Assembly: GCA_963803805.1 (NCBI GenBank)
Contig: CAWDOD010000002.1
Coordinates: 1,383,813 to 1,447,812, forward strand
From: an uncultured cyanobacterium
GTDB lineage: Bacteria > Cyanobacteriota > Cyanobacteriia > Cyanobacteriales > CAWCAG01
Direction: 5' to 3'
Length of the DNA stretch: 64,000 nucleotides
Shown here piece after piece: positions 10,367 to 21,924 of the stretch. The position numbers and the translations under genes were made by a program. Below the pieces are notes generated by a model. The model was not told where the DNA came from, did not search any database, and worked only from the letters and a program-made list of their open reading frames with translations. The stretch's first letter is position 1. Each line of letters opens with the position of its first letter.

Positions 10367-13300
10367 ATGCAGGAAGCAGATAAACAGCGCGTCCGGACAT
10401 TCTTAGATAAGTGGCAAGATTCAGAAGGAAACGAACGGGCTAATTATCAAACCTTCTTCGGTGACTTGTGTCTTGCTTTAGGGGTTGAAGCGCCCCCACC
10501 TAAAGGTAGTGTTCCTGGTGATCCTTACTGTTTTGATAAGGATATTAAGTTTTACAGTGAGAAGGTTGAATCAACAAGGTTTGCAGATTTTTATAAGGAA
10601 GGTCACTTTCTGATTGAAGCAAAACAGGGCAGCATTCAATCTAGTAAAGGCCATGGTAAGCGAGGAACAAAAAGCTATACAGATGCAATGCAAAAGGCTT
10701 TTAACCAAGCCAGATCCTACGCCTATAATCGGATGCTGCCATCTCTGCCCCCGTTTTTAATTACCTGTGATATTGGTTCTCATTTTGAAGTTTGGTCAGG
10801 GTTTAGCGGGGAATATGGTAGTTATGGGGCCAGGCAAAGGGTTAATTTAGTAGATTTACAGCAACCGGAAACCTTTGACCGTTTTGTGAAGATTTTTACT
10901 GATCCTCAAGCCCTGAATCCAGAAAAGTATCGGGCGCGGGTAACAAGGGAGGTTGCAGCAGAGTTAGCTAAGTTATCCCGGTGGTTAGAAGAAAAGGGAA
11001 AGGAACCCCAAGAAACCGCTAGCTTTTTGATGCGTTGCATCTTCACCATGTTTGCTGAGGATGTGGAGTTGTTGAAAGGGGAAGTATTTACTAAAGCACT
11101 GCGCGATCGCTGGATTCCTAACCCCCAAACTTTCAAGCCAGAAATTGAGTCCCTTTGGCAAACCATGAATACCGGAGGCAGTTTTGGCTTTGAGCAGGTT
11201 TTACGGTTCAATGGGAGCTTTTTTGAGGAAGCAAAGGCTTTTGAGTTGCCCACCGAGCAGCTAGAGGTGTTATACGCCGCCGCAGCCAAGGATTGGAGTC
11301 AGGTAGAACCCGCCATTTTCGGGACTTTGTTAGAACGAGCTTTAAATAAAAAAGAACGGAGTCGCTTGGGGGCCCATTATACCCCTCGTTCCTATGTAGA
11401 AAGGTTAGTACGTCCGGTGGTGATGGAACCTTTGCGTCAGGAGTGGGATGAGATTGAGTTGGAAATTAAGCGGTTATTAGAGCAAGAAAAGGCAACTCAA
11501 CAAAAGAAAGCAGAGGAGGAGATTCGGGGCTTTTTGGCTAAGCTGCGGAGTATCAAGATTCTTGATCCGGCTTGCGGTACGGGGAATTTTCTTTATGTTT
11601 CTTTGGATTTGCTTAAAGGATTGGAACAGGAAGTTAGTAAACGCCTAGTAGATGTGGTGGGAGAGGTACAGTTAAATGTCTTGGAACAAATTAACCCTTC
11701 CCAATTTTTAGGCATTGAGATAAATCCCAGGGCAGCGGCGATCGCCGAGTTAGTTATTTGGATTGGTTATTTACAGTGGTATTTTAAGCGTTATGGCAAT
11801 TCTGCCCCACCGGAACCAGTTTTGCAGGCGTTTAACAATATTGAATGTCGCGATGCAGTGTTAGCTTATGATGGCAAGGAAGCGGATGTTGACCCCAAAA
11901 CCGGGAAGGTGAGGACTCGTTGGGGTGGCAAGATGATGAAGCATCCAGTAACGGGGGAAGATGTTCCTGATCCAGATGATCAGGTGGTGATTTATAAGTA
12001 TTTGAATGCAAGGCAGGCAGAGTGGCCAAAGGCTGATTATGTGGTTTCTAATCCTCCTTTTGTGGGTAAGCTTTATATGCTAGAAAGGCTAGGAGAAGAC
12101 TATGTTCTTTCCCTGCGCAAGGCATACAAAGGAATAGTCTCAGATGGAGCCGACTTTGTTATGTATTGGTGGTCTAAGGCCTCCCAAATTACCAGTAGAG
12201 AAAAGTTAAAATGCTTCGGATTTATTACGACAAATAGTATTGTTCAGACATTTAACAGAAAAGTTATCAAGGCATTTTTGACATCTAAACAAGCTGCCAG
12301 TATTTCTTTTGCTGTTCCAGACCATCCTTGGGTAGATTCGGAAAGTGCCGCAGCAGTTAGGATATCAATGACAGCAGGTAAAAGAGGTCTACTTGATGGA
12401 GAACTTCATAAATTAGTCACAGAAGAAGCTAATGAAGACGATTTACCGATGTTGAGCTTTGAAGTTATTAGAGGAAGAATATATGAAGACCTTAGAGTAG
12501 GAGCAGATTTATTGTCTACTAGTTCCCTGAAGGCAAATTCAATGATTTCAGGCACTGGACTAATACCTGGCAGCAGAGGATTTATTATTACAGACTCTAG
12601 AAGAAAAGAATTGATAGGCAACAAAGAAGATCATGAGTTGATTATGCCACTACGAAATGGTCGAGATATCACTGACTCTCCCCGCAACGTGTTCGTTATA
12701 GATACCTATAACTGGACTGAAGATGCTCTAAGAACTTTAGCACCCTCTATATATCAACATTTGTTAAACTACGTTTATCCAGACCGAGTCACAAATCGAG
12801 ATTTACGTCTAAGACAGTATTGGTGGTTGTTTAGACGTAGCAATGAGAAGGTAAGAAATGCTATTGCTAGTTTGAGTAGGTATATAGTTACACCAGAAAC
12901 AGCGAAACATAGAGTTTTTGTCTTTCTCAATGGAAATATTAAACCAGAACATAGATTAGTAGTAACGGCTACTGAAGATGCTTTTATACTTACAGTTCTA
13001 TCCAGCAAGATACACATCAAATGGGCTTTAGCTATTGGCGGAACACTAGAGGATAGACCTGTTTATAACAAGTCACATTGCTTTGATAAATTCCCCTTCC
13101 CAGATCCAACCCCCGAACAAAAACAAAAAATCCGCCAACTAGGAGAAAGACTCGACAATCACCGCAAACAAGTCCAGGCAACCCATCCCGATATAACCAT
13201 CACCGGAATGTACAACCTCCTAGAAAAACTCCGGGCCGGGGAAACCTTCACCAAAAAAGACCAAGAATACAACAACAAAGCCCTCGTCTCCACCCTCAAA

Positions 13301-13780
13301 CAAATCCACGACGAACTAGACGCTGCCGTCTTCGCCGCTTACGGTTGGCCACAAAACCTCACCGATGAAGAAATCCTGCAACACCTCGTCACCCTCAACG
13401 CAGAAAGGGCCGAAGAAGAACGTAACGGCCTCATTCGCTGGCTACGTCCAGAATACCAAGCCCCCGAAGAAACACAACATCAAACCACCCTCCAAGGCAT
13501 CACCAGCGAAGCAGAAACCGTCATCCCTCCCGTAGAACAACAAAAATGGCCCACCAAACCCAAAGAACAACTCGCCGCCATCCGTGACTTACTCCGTACC
13601 ACCCCCGGACAATGGACAGTTGAACAAATCGCCGCCCAATTTAAAGGGCGTATCACCCCGAAAAAACTAGAGGCGATCGCCCAAAACCTAGAACGTCTAG
13701 AATGGTTTGGCCTAGTCATCTCTGACGAAAAAGCAGGAATAACCCGTTGGCAATTCACCGAACTACAAAAAGCCAGCTAA
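10367..13780 (+). CDS. MmeI-like type IIL/IIG single-chain restriction-modification enzyme
   Basis: N-terminal nuclease motif ADFYKEGHFLIEAK, GAHYTP, motif I ILDPACGTGNFL, motif IV NPPF, TRD region ending FDKFPFP. Confidence 0.9.
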   Translation: MQEADKQRVRTFLDKWQDSEGNERANYQTFFGDLCLALGVEAPPPKGSVPGDPYCFDKDIKFYSEKVESTRFADFYKEGHFLIEAKQGSIQSSKGHGKRGTKSYTDAMQKAFNQARSYAYNRMLPSLPPFLITCDIGSHFEVWSGFSGEYGSYGARQRVNLVDLQQPETFDRFVKIFTDPQALNPEKYRARVTREVAAELAKLSRWLEEKGKEPQETASFLMRCIFTMFAEDVELLKGEVFTKALRDRWIPNPQTFKPEIESLWQTMNTGGSFGFEQVLRFNGSFFEEAKAFELPTEQLEVLYAAAAKDWSQVEPAIFGTLLERALNKKERSRLGAHYTPRSYVERLVRPVVMEPLRQEWDEIELEIKRLLEQEKATQQKKAEEEIRGFLAKLRSIKILDPACGTGNFLYVSLDLLKGLEQEVSKRLVDVVGEVQLNVLEQINPSQFLGIEINPRAAAIAELVIWIGYLQWYFKRYGNSAPPEPVLQAFNNIECRDAVLAYDGKEADVDPKTGKVRTRWGGKMMKHPVTGEDVPDPDDQVVIYKYLNARQAEWPKADYVVSNPPFVGKLYMLERLGEDYVLSLRKAYKGIVSDGADFVMYWWSKASQITSREKLKCFGFITTNSIVQTFNRKVIKAFLTSKQAASISFAVPDHPWVDSESAAAVRISMTAGKRGLLDGELHKLVTEEANEDDLPMLSFEVIRGRIYEDLRVGADLLSTSSLKANSMISGTGLIPGSRGFIITDSRRKELIGNKEDHELIMPLRNGRDITDSPRNVFVIDTYNWTEDALRTLAPSIYQHLLNYVYPDRVTNRDLRLRQYWWLFRRSNEKVRNAIASLSRYIVTPETAKHRVFVFLNGNIKPEHRLVVTATEDAFILTVLSSKIHIKWALAIGGTLEDRPVYNKSHCFDKFPFPDPTPEQKQKIRQLGERLDNHRKQVQATHPDITITGMYNLLEKLRAGETFTKKDQEYNNKALVSTLKQIHDELDAAVFAAYGWPQNLTDEEILQHLVTLNAERAEEERNGLIRWLRPEYQAPEETQHQTTLQGITSEAETVIPPVEQQKWPTKPKEQLAAIRDLLRTTPGQWTVEQIAAQFKGRITPKKLEAIAQNLERLEWFGLVISDEKAGITRWQFTELQKAS

Positions 13781-13948
13781 CAACATAGACTATTCCCTAC
13801 TCCCTACTAATATTGTGAAATTTGCTCATTTCCTATAAGATGGTCAATCCAGGACATTAAGAGTGTCCTAATTGTGCTATTAATGTTTTCAACTTATTGA
13901 ACCCTTAATCAAATTAAGGGAATATTACTTAGGGAATATCTTACTCAA

Positions 13949-14004
13949 TTAGCCATTAGCAACTAGCAACTAGCAACTAGCAACTAGCAACTAGCCATTA
14001 GCTA
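13949..14004 (+). repeat. Heptameric STRR-like array (TAGCAAC/TAGCCAT)
   Basis: Directly visible tandem array upstream of glsF. Confidence 0.85.
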
Positions 14005-14135
14005 AAAATGAATACCATATATCTTTGATAAGTCCCTATAATTAGTCAATCGGAGTGGTAGTCAAACTTTAAGTTAGGCGAAAGGCGATCGCAGCCTTTT
14101 AGTTAAGTAAATAAACTTCTTATCCTTACACAAAA

Positions 14136-17100
14136 ATGAGCATGAACAACAGGAGTGTACGAGCCAATCGGCAATCTACCTTACCCCAAAATCAGATTCC
14201 CTATCCAGGACAGCGTTGGTTAGTTGAAGAAAGAGATGCTTGTGGGGTAGGTTTTATTGCTGATTCTACCGGTAAAGCTAGCCATAAACTCATAGAACAA
14301 TCTTTATCTGCTTTAGGTTGTTTAGAACATAGAGGCGGCTGTAGCGCTGACCAGGACTCAGGAGATGGTTCTGGGGTGATGACCGCAGTTCCTCGACAAG
14401 TTTTACAACCTTGGTTTGAGCAAAAAAATCTTACCATGCCCCCTCCAGATAAATTAGGGGTGGGGATGGTATTTTTGCCTCAAGATGAAAAAGAAGCGAC
14501 CGAAGGGCGTAGCTTTATAGAAGAAGTTGCCGAAGAAGAAGGCTTAACTATCTTAGGTTGGCGAGTCGTCCCTGTTGCCAGTGAAGTCTTAGGACCTCAA
14601 GCGAAAGAAAATCAGCCCCGCATTGAACAAATTTTGGTAACATCTCCAACTCTACAAGGAGATGAACTAGATCGGGTTTTATATGTAGCGCGATCGCGGG
14701 TAGGTAAGAGATTAGCGGAGAACTTCTATATTTGTTCCTTTTCCTGCCGTACCATCGTTTATAAAGGCATGGTTAGAGCCTCAATTTTAGGGGAATTTTA
14801 TGGGGATTTAAAAAACCCTAACTATGAAAGTTGCTTTGCTGTCTATCATCGCCGCTTCAGCACCAACACCATGCCCAAATGGCCATTAGCACAGCCCATG
14901 CGCTTATTGGGTCATAACGGAGAAATCAATACCCTTTTAGGTAACATCAATTGGATGATGGCTAGGGAATCGAATTTATCTGCCCCCAATTGGAGTCCAG
15001 AATCCCTAGAAGGACTCAAACCCATAGTTAACCCCGAAAATAGTGACTCTTTCAATTTAGATAGCTCCATGGAGTTACTGGTGCGGACAGGGCTAAGCCC
15101 CCTAGAAGCAGCCATGATTCTAGTCCCAGAAGCTTACAAAAATCAACCGGATCTAGAACAATATCCAGAAATTGTTGATTTTTATGAATACTATAGCGGT
15201 CTACAAGAACCTTGGGATGGCCCAGCCTTACTAGTATTTAGCGATGGCAAAACCGTTGGGGCAACCCTAGATCGCAATGGTTTGCGCCCTGCCCGTTATA
15301 GCATTACTAAAGATGGTTATGTAGTAGTTGCTTCAGAAGCTGGGGTAGTAGATTTACCAGAGGCAGATATTGTTGCCAAGGGGAGGTTAGGGCCAGGACA
15401 AATGATTGCGGTAGACCTAGAAAGTCATGAAGTCTTAACTAACTGGGAAATTAAACAGCGCATCGCTAATCAGCGTCCTTTTGGTGAATGGCTAAAAGCA
15501 CACCGTCGCAACATTGAACTTCAACCCTTCACAGCAGAAATCACTCTAAACAACACCCTACTGCGTAATCAAACCGCCTTTGGTTACACCGCAGAAGATG
15601 TGGAAATGATTATTGTCCCCATGGCTACAGCAGGGAAAGAACCAACTTTTTGTATGGGAGATGACATCCCCTTAGCCATACTTTCTGATAAACCCCGCCT
15701 CCTTTACGACTACTTTAAACAGCGTTTTGCCCAAGTAACCAATCCCCCCATTGACCCCCTGCGGGAAAGTTTGGTGATGTCTTTAAGTATGCAGTTAGGA
15801 GAAAGGGGCAACCTTTTAGAAGCATCTCCGGAAGGGGCTAAGTTACTGAAAATAGAAAGTCCCTTGCTTAACGAAGCAGAATTAGCAGAGGTAATAGAGC
15901 AAAAGGAATTTCCTTGTACTAAATTATCTACCATCTATGAGATTCCTACAGGACCAGATGGTTTAGGGGCTGCCGTGGAGAGATTATGCCAAGGGGCCGC
16001 AGCAGCAGTAGAGAAGGGAGCGAAAATCTTAGTTCTTAGTGAACGCGAAGGAGGCAGCATTGGTGAAGAATCTAGTTATATCCCTCCCTTATTAGCAGTA
16101 GGTGCTGTTCATCATCACCTCATTCGCTCTGGATTGCGCCTCAAAGCCAGTATAGTTGTTGATACTGCCCAATGTTGGAGTACTCACCATTACGCTTGCT
16201 TAATCGGTTATGGGGCTTCGGCGGTTTGCCCTTACCTCGCCCTAGAAACCTTAAGGCAATGGTGGCACGATAGCAAAACGCAAAAATTAATGGAGCGGGG
16301 TAAAATTGAAAAAATCAGCCTCAGCATCGCCCTAAAACAATACCGACAAGCCGTAGAAGCGGGTTTGTTGAAAATCCTCTCCAAAATGGGCATCTCCCTC
16401 CTCTCTTCCTACCACGGGGCGCAAATTTTTGAAGCTATTGGTTTAGGAGTAGATTTAGTAGAGTTGGCCTTTACCGGAACAACCTCTCGCTTAGGGGGTT
16501 TAAGTATCAGTGATTTGGCCCAAGAAGTCGTTTCCTTCCATAGCCGTGCCTTCCCCACCCTAGAAGGTAAGAAGTTAGAAAACTTCGGCTTCATTAATTA
16601 CCGTCCTGGGGGAGAGTATCATATGAACTCCCCAGAAATGTCTAAGTCTTTGCATAAAGCCGTAGCGGATCGCAACTATGACCACTACGAAGTTTATCAG
16701 AAGTACTTAGAAGAGAGGCCTTTAACCGCACTGCGAGACTTATTGGATTTTAATAGCGATCGCGAATCTATTGCTGTTGAAGAAGTAGAGTCAGTAGAAG
16801 AAATTGTCAAACGTTTCTGCACCGGGGCAATGTCCCTGGGTTCCTTATCTAGAGAGGCACACGAAACCCTAGCCGTTGCTATGAATCGCCTTGGTGGTAA
16901 ATCCAACTCTGGGGAAGGAGGAGAAGATCCGGTCAGATTCAAGGTGTTGAATGATGTAGATGAAACTGGTTACTCCCCCACCTTACCCCACCTCAAGGGT
17001 TTAAAGAACGGTGATACAGCTAGTTCCGCCACTAAACAAATAGCCTCCGGACGCTTCGGTGTCACCCCAGCTTATTTGATGAGTGGTAAGCAACTAGAAA

Positions 17101-18770
17101 TTAAAATGGCTCAAGGTGCAAAACCAGGAGAAGGGGGGCAGCTTCCAGGGAAAAAGGTTAGTCCTTACATCGCCATGTTGCGACGTTCTAAAGCAGGAGT
17201 AACTTTAATTTCTCCCCCTCCTCACCATGATATTTATTCCATTGAAGATTTAGCACAACTAATCTTTGATTTGCACCAAATTAACCCCACCGCTAAGGTT
17301 TCTGTGAAACTAGTAGCAGAAATTGGTATTGGTACTGTAGCAGCAGGGGTTGCTAAAGCTAACGCCGATGTCATCCAAATCTCTGGTCACGACGGCGGTA
17401 CGGGTGCCTCTCCCCTCAGTTCCATTAAACACGCTGGTGTACCTTGGGAATTAGGAGTGACAGAAGTTCACCGCGTCTTAATGGAAAATGGACTTCGCGA
17501 TCGCGCTATTCTCCGGGCTGATGGTGGGCTAAAAACTGGCTGGGATGTAATTATGGCCGCTTTAATGGGGGCAGAAGAATACGGTTTTGGTTCTGTTTCT
17601 ATGATTGCTGAAGGCTGCATCATGGCCAGAATTTGCCACACCAACAACTGCCCTGTGGGGGTTGCCACCCAACAAGAAAAGCTACGTAAGCGTTTTACAG
17701 GTATACCTGACCATGTAGTTAATTTCTTCTACTTTGTCGCCGAAGAAGTTCGTTCTTTATTAGCAAAGTTAGGTTATCGCCGTTTAGAAGAAGTTATTGG
17801 TCGCGCCGACATACTCACCCCGAAGCAAGATGTACAAATCACCAAAACCAGTACCTTAATTCTCGACTGCTTAACCAAACTTCCTGATGTCCGCACCAAT
17901 CGGAGTTGGTTAAATCATGAAGAAGTTCATAGCAATGGCCCAGTGTTAGATGACGAACTCCTTGCTGATTCAGAAATCAGTACCGCTATTCGTGATCAAG
18001 GTTCAGTTGCTAAAGACCTTACCATAGTTAACACAGACCGTACTGTGGGTTCCCGTGTTGCCGGGGCGATCGCCAAGCAATATGGCAACAATGGCTTTGA
18101 AGGGCAAATCAGCCTTAACTTCAAAGGTGCAGCCGGGCAAAGTTTTGGTGCTTTCAACCTCACAGGGATGAAACTATCCCTATCAGGGGAAGCCAACGAC
18201 TATGTAGGTAAGGGCATGAATGGCGGAGAAATTATCATCAAGCCTCCCAGTGATGCCAACTACGACCCTGCCAACAACGTGATCATCGGCAACACCTGCC
18301 TCTACGGAGCCACAGGAGGGGCTTTGTATGCCAACGGACGGGCGGGAGAACGTTTCGGCGTTCGCAACTCCCTTGGTAAGGCGGTTATCGAAGGAGCAGG
18401 AGATCACTGCTGCGAATACATGACCGGAGGAGTTATTGTTGTCCTGGGTACAGTGGGACGCAACGTTGGGGCTGGTATGACAGGAGGTTTAGGTTACTTC
18501 CTTGATGAAGATGGTAATTTTCCTAAAAAGGTGAATGCGGAACTAATTAAGATTGGGCGCATTAACTCAACTGCGGGGCAAAAGCAACTTCAGGATTTAA
18601 TCACCGCCCATTACCAGCGTACCAATTCCCAGAAAGCTAAAATGATTCTCGATAATTGGGATTCTTATGTTGGCAAATTCTGGCAAGTTGTACCTCCTTC
18701 TGAGGCTGAAAACCTTGAAGTGGTAGCCACCAGACCAGAAACACAAAAGACCCTTACTTCTGTGCAGTAA
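14136..18770 (+). CDS. glsF: Ferredoxin-dependent glutamate synthase (GltB-family large subunit)
   Basis: ERDA|CGVGF amidotransferase start, [36 protein letters not shown] 3Fe-4S motif; no gltD follows. Confidence 0.95.
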   Translation: MSMNNRSVRANRQSTLPQNQIPYPGQRWLVEERDACGVGFIADSTGKASHKLIEQSLSALGCLEHRGGCSADQDSGDGSGVMTAVPRQVLQPWFEQKNLTMPPPDKLGVGMVFLPQDEKEATEGRSFIEEVAEEEGLTILGWRVVPVASEVLGPQAKENQPRIEQILVTSPTLQGDELDRVLYVARSRVGKRLAENFYICSFSCRTIVYKGMVRASILGEFYGDLKNPNYESCFAVYHRRFSTNTMPKWPLAQPMRLLGHNGEINTLLGNINWMMARESNLSAPNWSPESLEGLKPIVNPENSDSFNLDSSMELLVRTGLSPLEAAMILVPEAYKNQPDLEQYPEIVDFYEYYSGLQEPWDGPALLVFSDGKTVGATLDRNGLRPARYSITKDGYVVVASEAGVVDLPEADIVAKGRLGPGQMIAVDLESHEVLTNWEIKQRIANQRPFGEWLKAHRRNIELQPFTAEITLNNTLLRNQTAFGYTAEDVEMIIVPMATAGKEPTFCMGDDIPLAILSDKPRLLYDYFKQRFAQVTNPPIDPLRESLVMSLSMQLGERGNLLEASPEGAKLLKIESPLLNEAELAEVIEQKEFPCTKLSTIYEIPTGPDGLGAAVERLCQGAAAAVEKGAKILVLSEREGGSIGEESSYIPPLLAVGAVHHHLIRSGLRLKASIVVDTAQCWSTHHYACLIGYGASAVCPYLALETLRQWWHDSKTQKLMERGKIEKISLSIALKQYRQAVEAGLLKILSKMGISLLSSYHGAQIFEAIGLGVDLVELAFTGTTSRLGGLSISDLAQEVVSFHSRAFPTLEGKKLENFGFINYRPGGEYHMNSPEMSKSLHKAVADRNYDHYEVYQKYLEERPLTALRDLLDFNSDRESIAVEEVESVEEIVKRFCTGAMSLGSLSREAHETLAVAMNRLGGKSNSGEGGEDPVRFKVLNDVDETGYSPTLPHLKGLKNGDTASSATKQIASGRFGVTPAYLMSGKQLEIKMAQGAKPGEGGQLPGKKVSPYIAMLRRSKAGVTLISPPPHHDIYSIEDLAQLIFDLHQINPTAKVSVKLVAEIGIGTVAAGVAKANADVIQISGHDGGTGASPLSSIKHAGVPWELGVTEVHRVLMENGLRDRAILRADGGLKTGWDVIMAALMGAEEYGFGSVSMIAEGCIMARICHTNNCPVGVATQQEKLRKRFTGIPDHVVNFFYFVAEEVRSLLAKLGYRRLEEVIGRADILTPKQDVQITKTSTLILDCLTKLPDVRTNRSWLNHEEVHSNGPVLDDELLADSEISTAIRDQGSVAKDLTIVNTDRTVGSRVAGAIAKQYGNNGFEGQISLNFKGAAGQSFGAFNLTGMKLSLSGEANDYVGKGMNGGEIIIKPPSDANYDPANNVIIGNTCLYGATGGALYANGRAGERFGVRNSLGKAVIEGAGDHCCEYMTGGVIVVLGTVGRNVGAGMTGGLGYFLDEDGNFPKKVNAELIKIGRINSTAGQKQLQDLITAHYQRTNSQKAKMILDNWDSYVGKFWQVVPPSEAENLEVVATRPETQKTLTSVQ

Positions 18771-18779
18771 GCATTGATT

Positions 18780-18810
18780 AACCCCCCAGCATTGCCAATG
18801 CTGGGGGGTT
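18780..18810. terminator. Perfect 14-bp stem hairpin between convergent glsF and the NTPase-TPR gene
   Basis: AACCCCCCAGCATT-GCC-AATGCTGGGGGGTT. Confidence 0.8.
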
Positions 18811-18927
18811 GACTTTGCGTAAGTTAGCTGGCTTTTGGCAATTCGCTAAATTGCTAACAGGTCTTTTCTTCGTCGTCGGATAACCTTTATTTTGTCTCAG
18901 GATTGAGTATGAGAGAGATAAAAAAGC

Positions 18928-21657
18928 TCATTCAAGGTAGACTAAATTCTGAAAACGCGCCTCGTTACGCAAATCCCGCCAGGCAATATCATGACGCGCC
19001 CAGGTGATGGCTTGTTTGTCTAGGGAGATGGCTTTTTGTAGATAGTTTAGGGCTAGTTCTTTTCTGCCAACTAAAGCGGCTAAGCCTCCTAATCCGTAGT
19101 GAGATTCAGCTTTGTCTGGTTTGTCTTTTTGGGCTGCTTTTAAAGCTTGGTAGGCTGCGTTAAATTCGGCTTTGGCTTGGGGGCGTTGCCAGCGAAATTT
19201 GGCTACGGCGAGGCAGTAGGGATATAAGCAATCTTTAGGATCTAGTTCAATGGCGCGTTTGAAGTCGGTTATGGCTTCCTCGTAGCGTTCCATTAAACGA
19301 TAGGTTATTCCTCTACTTGCGATCGCCCATTCATCTTCAGAATCAAGTTCAATAGCCCGGTTGAAGTCAGTTAATGCTTCTTGGTAGCGTTCCATTAAAC
19401 GATAGGTTATTCCTCTATTTGCGATCGCCCATTCATCTTCAGAATCAAGTTCAATAGCCCGATTAAAGTCAGTTAATGCTTCTTCGTAGCGTTCCATCAA
19501 GCGATAGGTTATTCCTCTATTTGCGATCGCCCATTTATCTTCAGAATCAAGTTCAATAGCCCGGTTGAAGTCAGTTAATGCTTCTTCGTAGCGTTCCATT
19601 AAACGATAGGCTTCTCCTCGAAGTGCGATCGCCCATTCATCTTCAGAATCAAGTTCAATAGCCCGGTTGAAGTCAGTTAATGCTTCTTCGTAGCGTTCCA
19701 TCAAGCGATAGGTTATTCCTCTATTTGCGATCGCCCATTCATCTTCAGAATCAAGTTCAATAGCCCGGTTGAAGTCAGTTAATGCTTCTTCGTAGCGTTC
19801 CATCAAGCGATAGGTTATTCCTCTATTTGCGATCGCCCATTTATCTTCAGAATCAAGTTCAATAGCCCGGTTGAAGTCAGTTAATGCTTCTTCGTAGCGT
19901 TCCATTAAACGATAGGCTTCTCCTCGAAGTGCGATCGCCCAATCATCTTTAGGATCAAGTTCAATAGCGCGATTAAAGTCAGTTAAAGCTTCCTCGTAGC
20001 GTTCCATCAAACGATAGGTAAATCCTCGTTGTTTGATAGCAACCTTATTATCAGGCTTAACCTTCAACAAAGCCGTAAACATCTCAACAGTTTTCTCATA
20101 ACTCTCATCCTCATAAGCCTGCCACCCAGCTACCAAATCCTCACCCCATCGCTTCACCTCAGCAAAATCAGCCTCTTCCCCTGCCTGCTGCATCGTCTTA
20201 CCCCAGCGATTTGCCAAAGAAAGGTTTGTATCCCAAGCCTCAACAAACCCCTCCAAAGCCACCTCTAAATACTGCCTGGGCTGCTCACAAAGACGATGAT
20301 AAAGCGCCTCCAAAGCATAACGCTGCCAAGCTTCATCCTTCCCCGCCAACCCCAAACCATCCCGTTGCTGTTCATAAAAAGCTGCTAACTTACCATGCAA
20401 CTTCTGCCAACTCTGCAAAGACTCCCGACGCTGATAATTAAGCATCTGCTGTCGTACCACATCATGATATGCCCAACCGTCGGTACGTTCCAAAATAAAA
20501 GGCTTCTCCTTCAACCAAGCAAATAAAGACTTTGCCTCTTCTTGCCCCACCAAAGCCCCCAAACTATCCCGGTTAAGATGACGCAACAATGCCCCATTTA
20601 GGGCAACTTCCCTCGCTTTGGGGTCTTCTATCCACTTCAGAAAACGTTCCACCGCCGTATCACAAGGATCACCCAAAGCCTCAACAGAGTTCGGTTTACT
20701 AGCTGCCAATGTTGCTACCAACAGGGGTAAGTTACCAGAAAGATTGGCAATCACTTCCCTAACTTTGAGGTCATTAATTCCCTTCCGAGTTAGATAATCT
20801 TGCAACTCCTCATCGCTAAACTTTTCTAAGGGAAAATGAGCCAGCAATCCCTCGCAATCTGACCAGAGATTAGGGTTTAAGGGTTCACGCCCCGCAATGA
20901 GGAAGAAAATATTTACAGGAAGAGTCCCATACTTCCCTTCCAAAACAGCTAACAACCACTCTTCTACATAAACATCCGTCTTCTCGTAGGTATCAAACGC
21001 CAAACCCACACAATGTTTTTCTGCCACCTTCTGCAAATCCTGCAAAAACAGAGGGGTAAGCACCGTTTCCGGTTCCAAAACTAATTTTACTTCATCTTTA
21101 TTACCTATACGCCGCCCCACATAAGCAGTCCAACTCCCCACCTGTTCCGCCACCGCATCCCTAGCCTTATCCCCCACAAAGTCCGCCGCCACACCTACTA
21201 CAGGAAGATGTTCTGCTGCTTTGAACGCCCCTTTAGTAACCATCCGTCCCGCCAAAGCCCCAAAGCCTTCCGGGGCATCTGGATCTGCTTCTAACTCTTC
21301 TTTTTTCTGGCGAAAAGTTTTGTAGCGTTCCTGAAAAGCCTTAAATTGATGCCCTTTAGCCGCAAACTGCTTTACCATTTCTGCTAGCAAACCGGGAACA
21401 TCTTTGATATCTTCATCCCCGTAGGCGGTAACTCCCCCTTTATCCTCAGCAATTTTGCAACAATGTTTAAGGAAATAAGTTTTACCAACACCCCCTTGCC
21501 CCCAAACATTAAAAATAAAGCGACGACGTTCATCATCTGGGGATAAGCTTAAATTCTGGCGAAAAAGACTTACCTGTTCAGTACGCCCGACAAAATCAGA
21601 ACTTTGGCGATGTTTTTTTATATCCTGTAAGCTACGGAATTTCTTGGGTGGACTCAT
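18928..21657 (-). CDS. P-loop NTPase (AAA_16/STAND-like) fused to a C-terminal TPR array
   Basis: FVGR, Walker A GQGGVGKT, Walker B LAFDTYE, SGNLPL (GxP motif), then about 8 TPRs of 34 aa. Confidence 0.85.
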   Translation of the reverse strand: MSPPKKFRSLQDIKKHRQSSDFVGRTEQVSLFRQNLSLSPDDERRRFIFNVWGQGGVGKTYFLKHCCKIAEDKGGVTAYGDEDIKDVPGLLAEMVKQFAAKGHQFKAFQERYKTFRQKKEELEADPDAPEGFGALAGRMVTKGAFKAAEHLPVVGVAADFVGDKARDAVAEQVGSWTAYVGRRIGNKDEVKLVLEPETVLTPLFLQDLQKVAEKHCVGLAFDTYEKTDVYVEEWLLAVLEGKYGTLPVNIFFLIAGREPLNPNLWSDCEGLLAHFPLEKFSDEELQDYLTRKGINDLKVREVIANLSGNLPLLVATLAASKPNSVEALGDPCDTAVERFLKWIEDPKAREVALNGALLRHLNRDSLGALVGQEEAKSLFAWLKEKPFILERTDGWAYHDVVRQQMLNYQRRESLQSWQKLHGKLAAFYEQQRDGLGLAGKDEAWQRYALEALYHRLCEQPRQYLEVALEGFVEAWDTNLSLANRWGKTMQQAGEEADFAEVKRWGEDLVAGWQAYEDESYEKTVEMFTALLKVKPDNKVAIKQRGFTYRLMERYEEALTDFNRAIELDPKDDWAIALRGEAYRLMERYEEALTDFNRAIELDSEDKWAIANRGITYRLMERYEEALTDFNRAIELDSEDEWAIANRGITYRLMERYEEALTDFNRAIELDSEDEWAIALRGEAYRLMERYEEALTDFNRAIELDSEDKWAIANRGITYRLMERYEEALTDFNRAIELDSEDEWAIANRGITYRLMERYQEALTDFNRAIELDSEDEWAIASRGITYRLMERYEEAITDFKRAIELDPKDCLYPYCLAVAKFRWQRPQAKAEFNAAYQALKAAQKDKPDKAESHYGLGGLAALVGRKELALNYLQKAISLDKQAITWARHDIAWRDLRNEARFQNLVYLE
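19240..20030 (-). repeat. Tandem 102-bp near-identical repeats encoding TPRs (about 8 units)
   Basis: HIP1 GCGATCGC at 19319, 19421, 19523, 19625, 19727, 19829 and 19931, an exact 102-bp period. Confidence 0.95.
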
Positions 21658-21804
21658 GGAAAATACTTAAAAAACTACCAAGCTACCCCTTTATGATGAT
21701 AGTGTTTTTTTGAGATAATTGGTAATGCCGTAGCTTCGCAATATCGCGCCCTACAATTGTCTCATTGGGAGTTGCCTTATTCCTGTATCTAATAAAATCC
21801 ACCA

Positions 21805-21924
21805 TCATTGTTTGCGGGCTTCCCTTCCTCCCAAACGCTCATCAATAAGCAAATCATCTGCTTTTATCTCAATAGCTAAAGCAATAGCCCTGGCTTCTCC
21901 TGCATCAAGTCCGCTAAGTTTATA
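21805..21924 (-). pseudogene. Internal fragment of a DUF3368-type PIN protein
   Basis: Manual translation LDAGEARAIALAIEIKADDLLIDERLGGREARKQ*; no start codon. Confidence 0.7.

Noticed and set aside
14201..18407. Numerous short antisense ORFs within glsF (likewise within leuS, sufB, the R-M genes and the NAGPA gene)
   Set aside because: Shadow ORFs opposite well-supported genes, with no recognisable motifs.
19240..20030. Regular repeats as a possible CRISPR array or DGR template/variable repeat
   Set aside because: Units are contiguous 102-bp coding TPRs with no unique spacers; no cas or reverse transcriptase gene is in the window.
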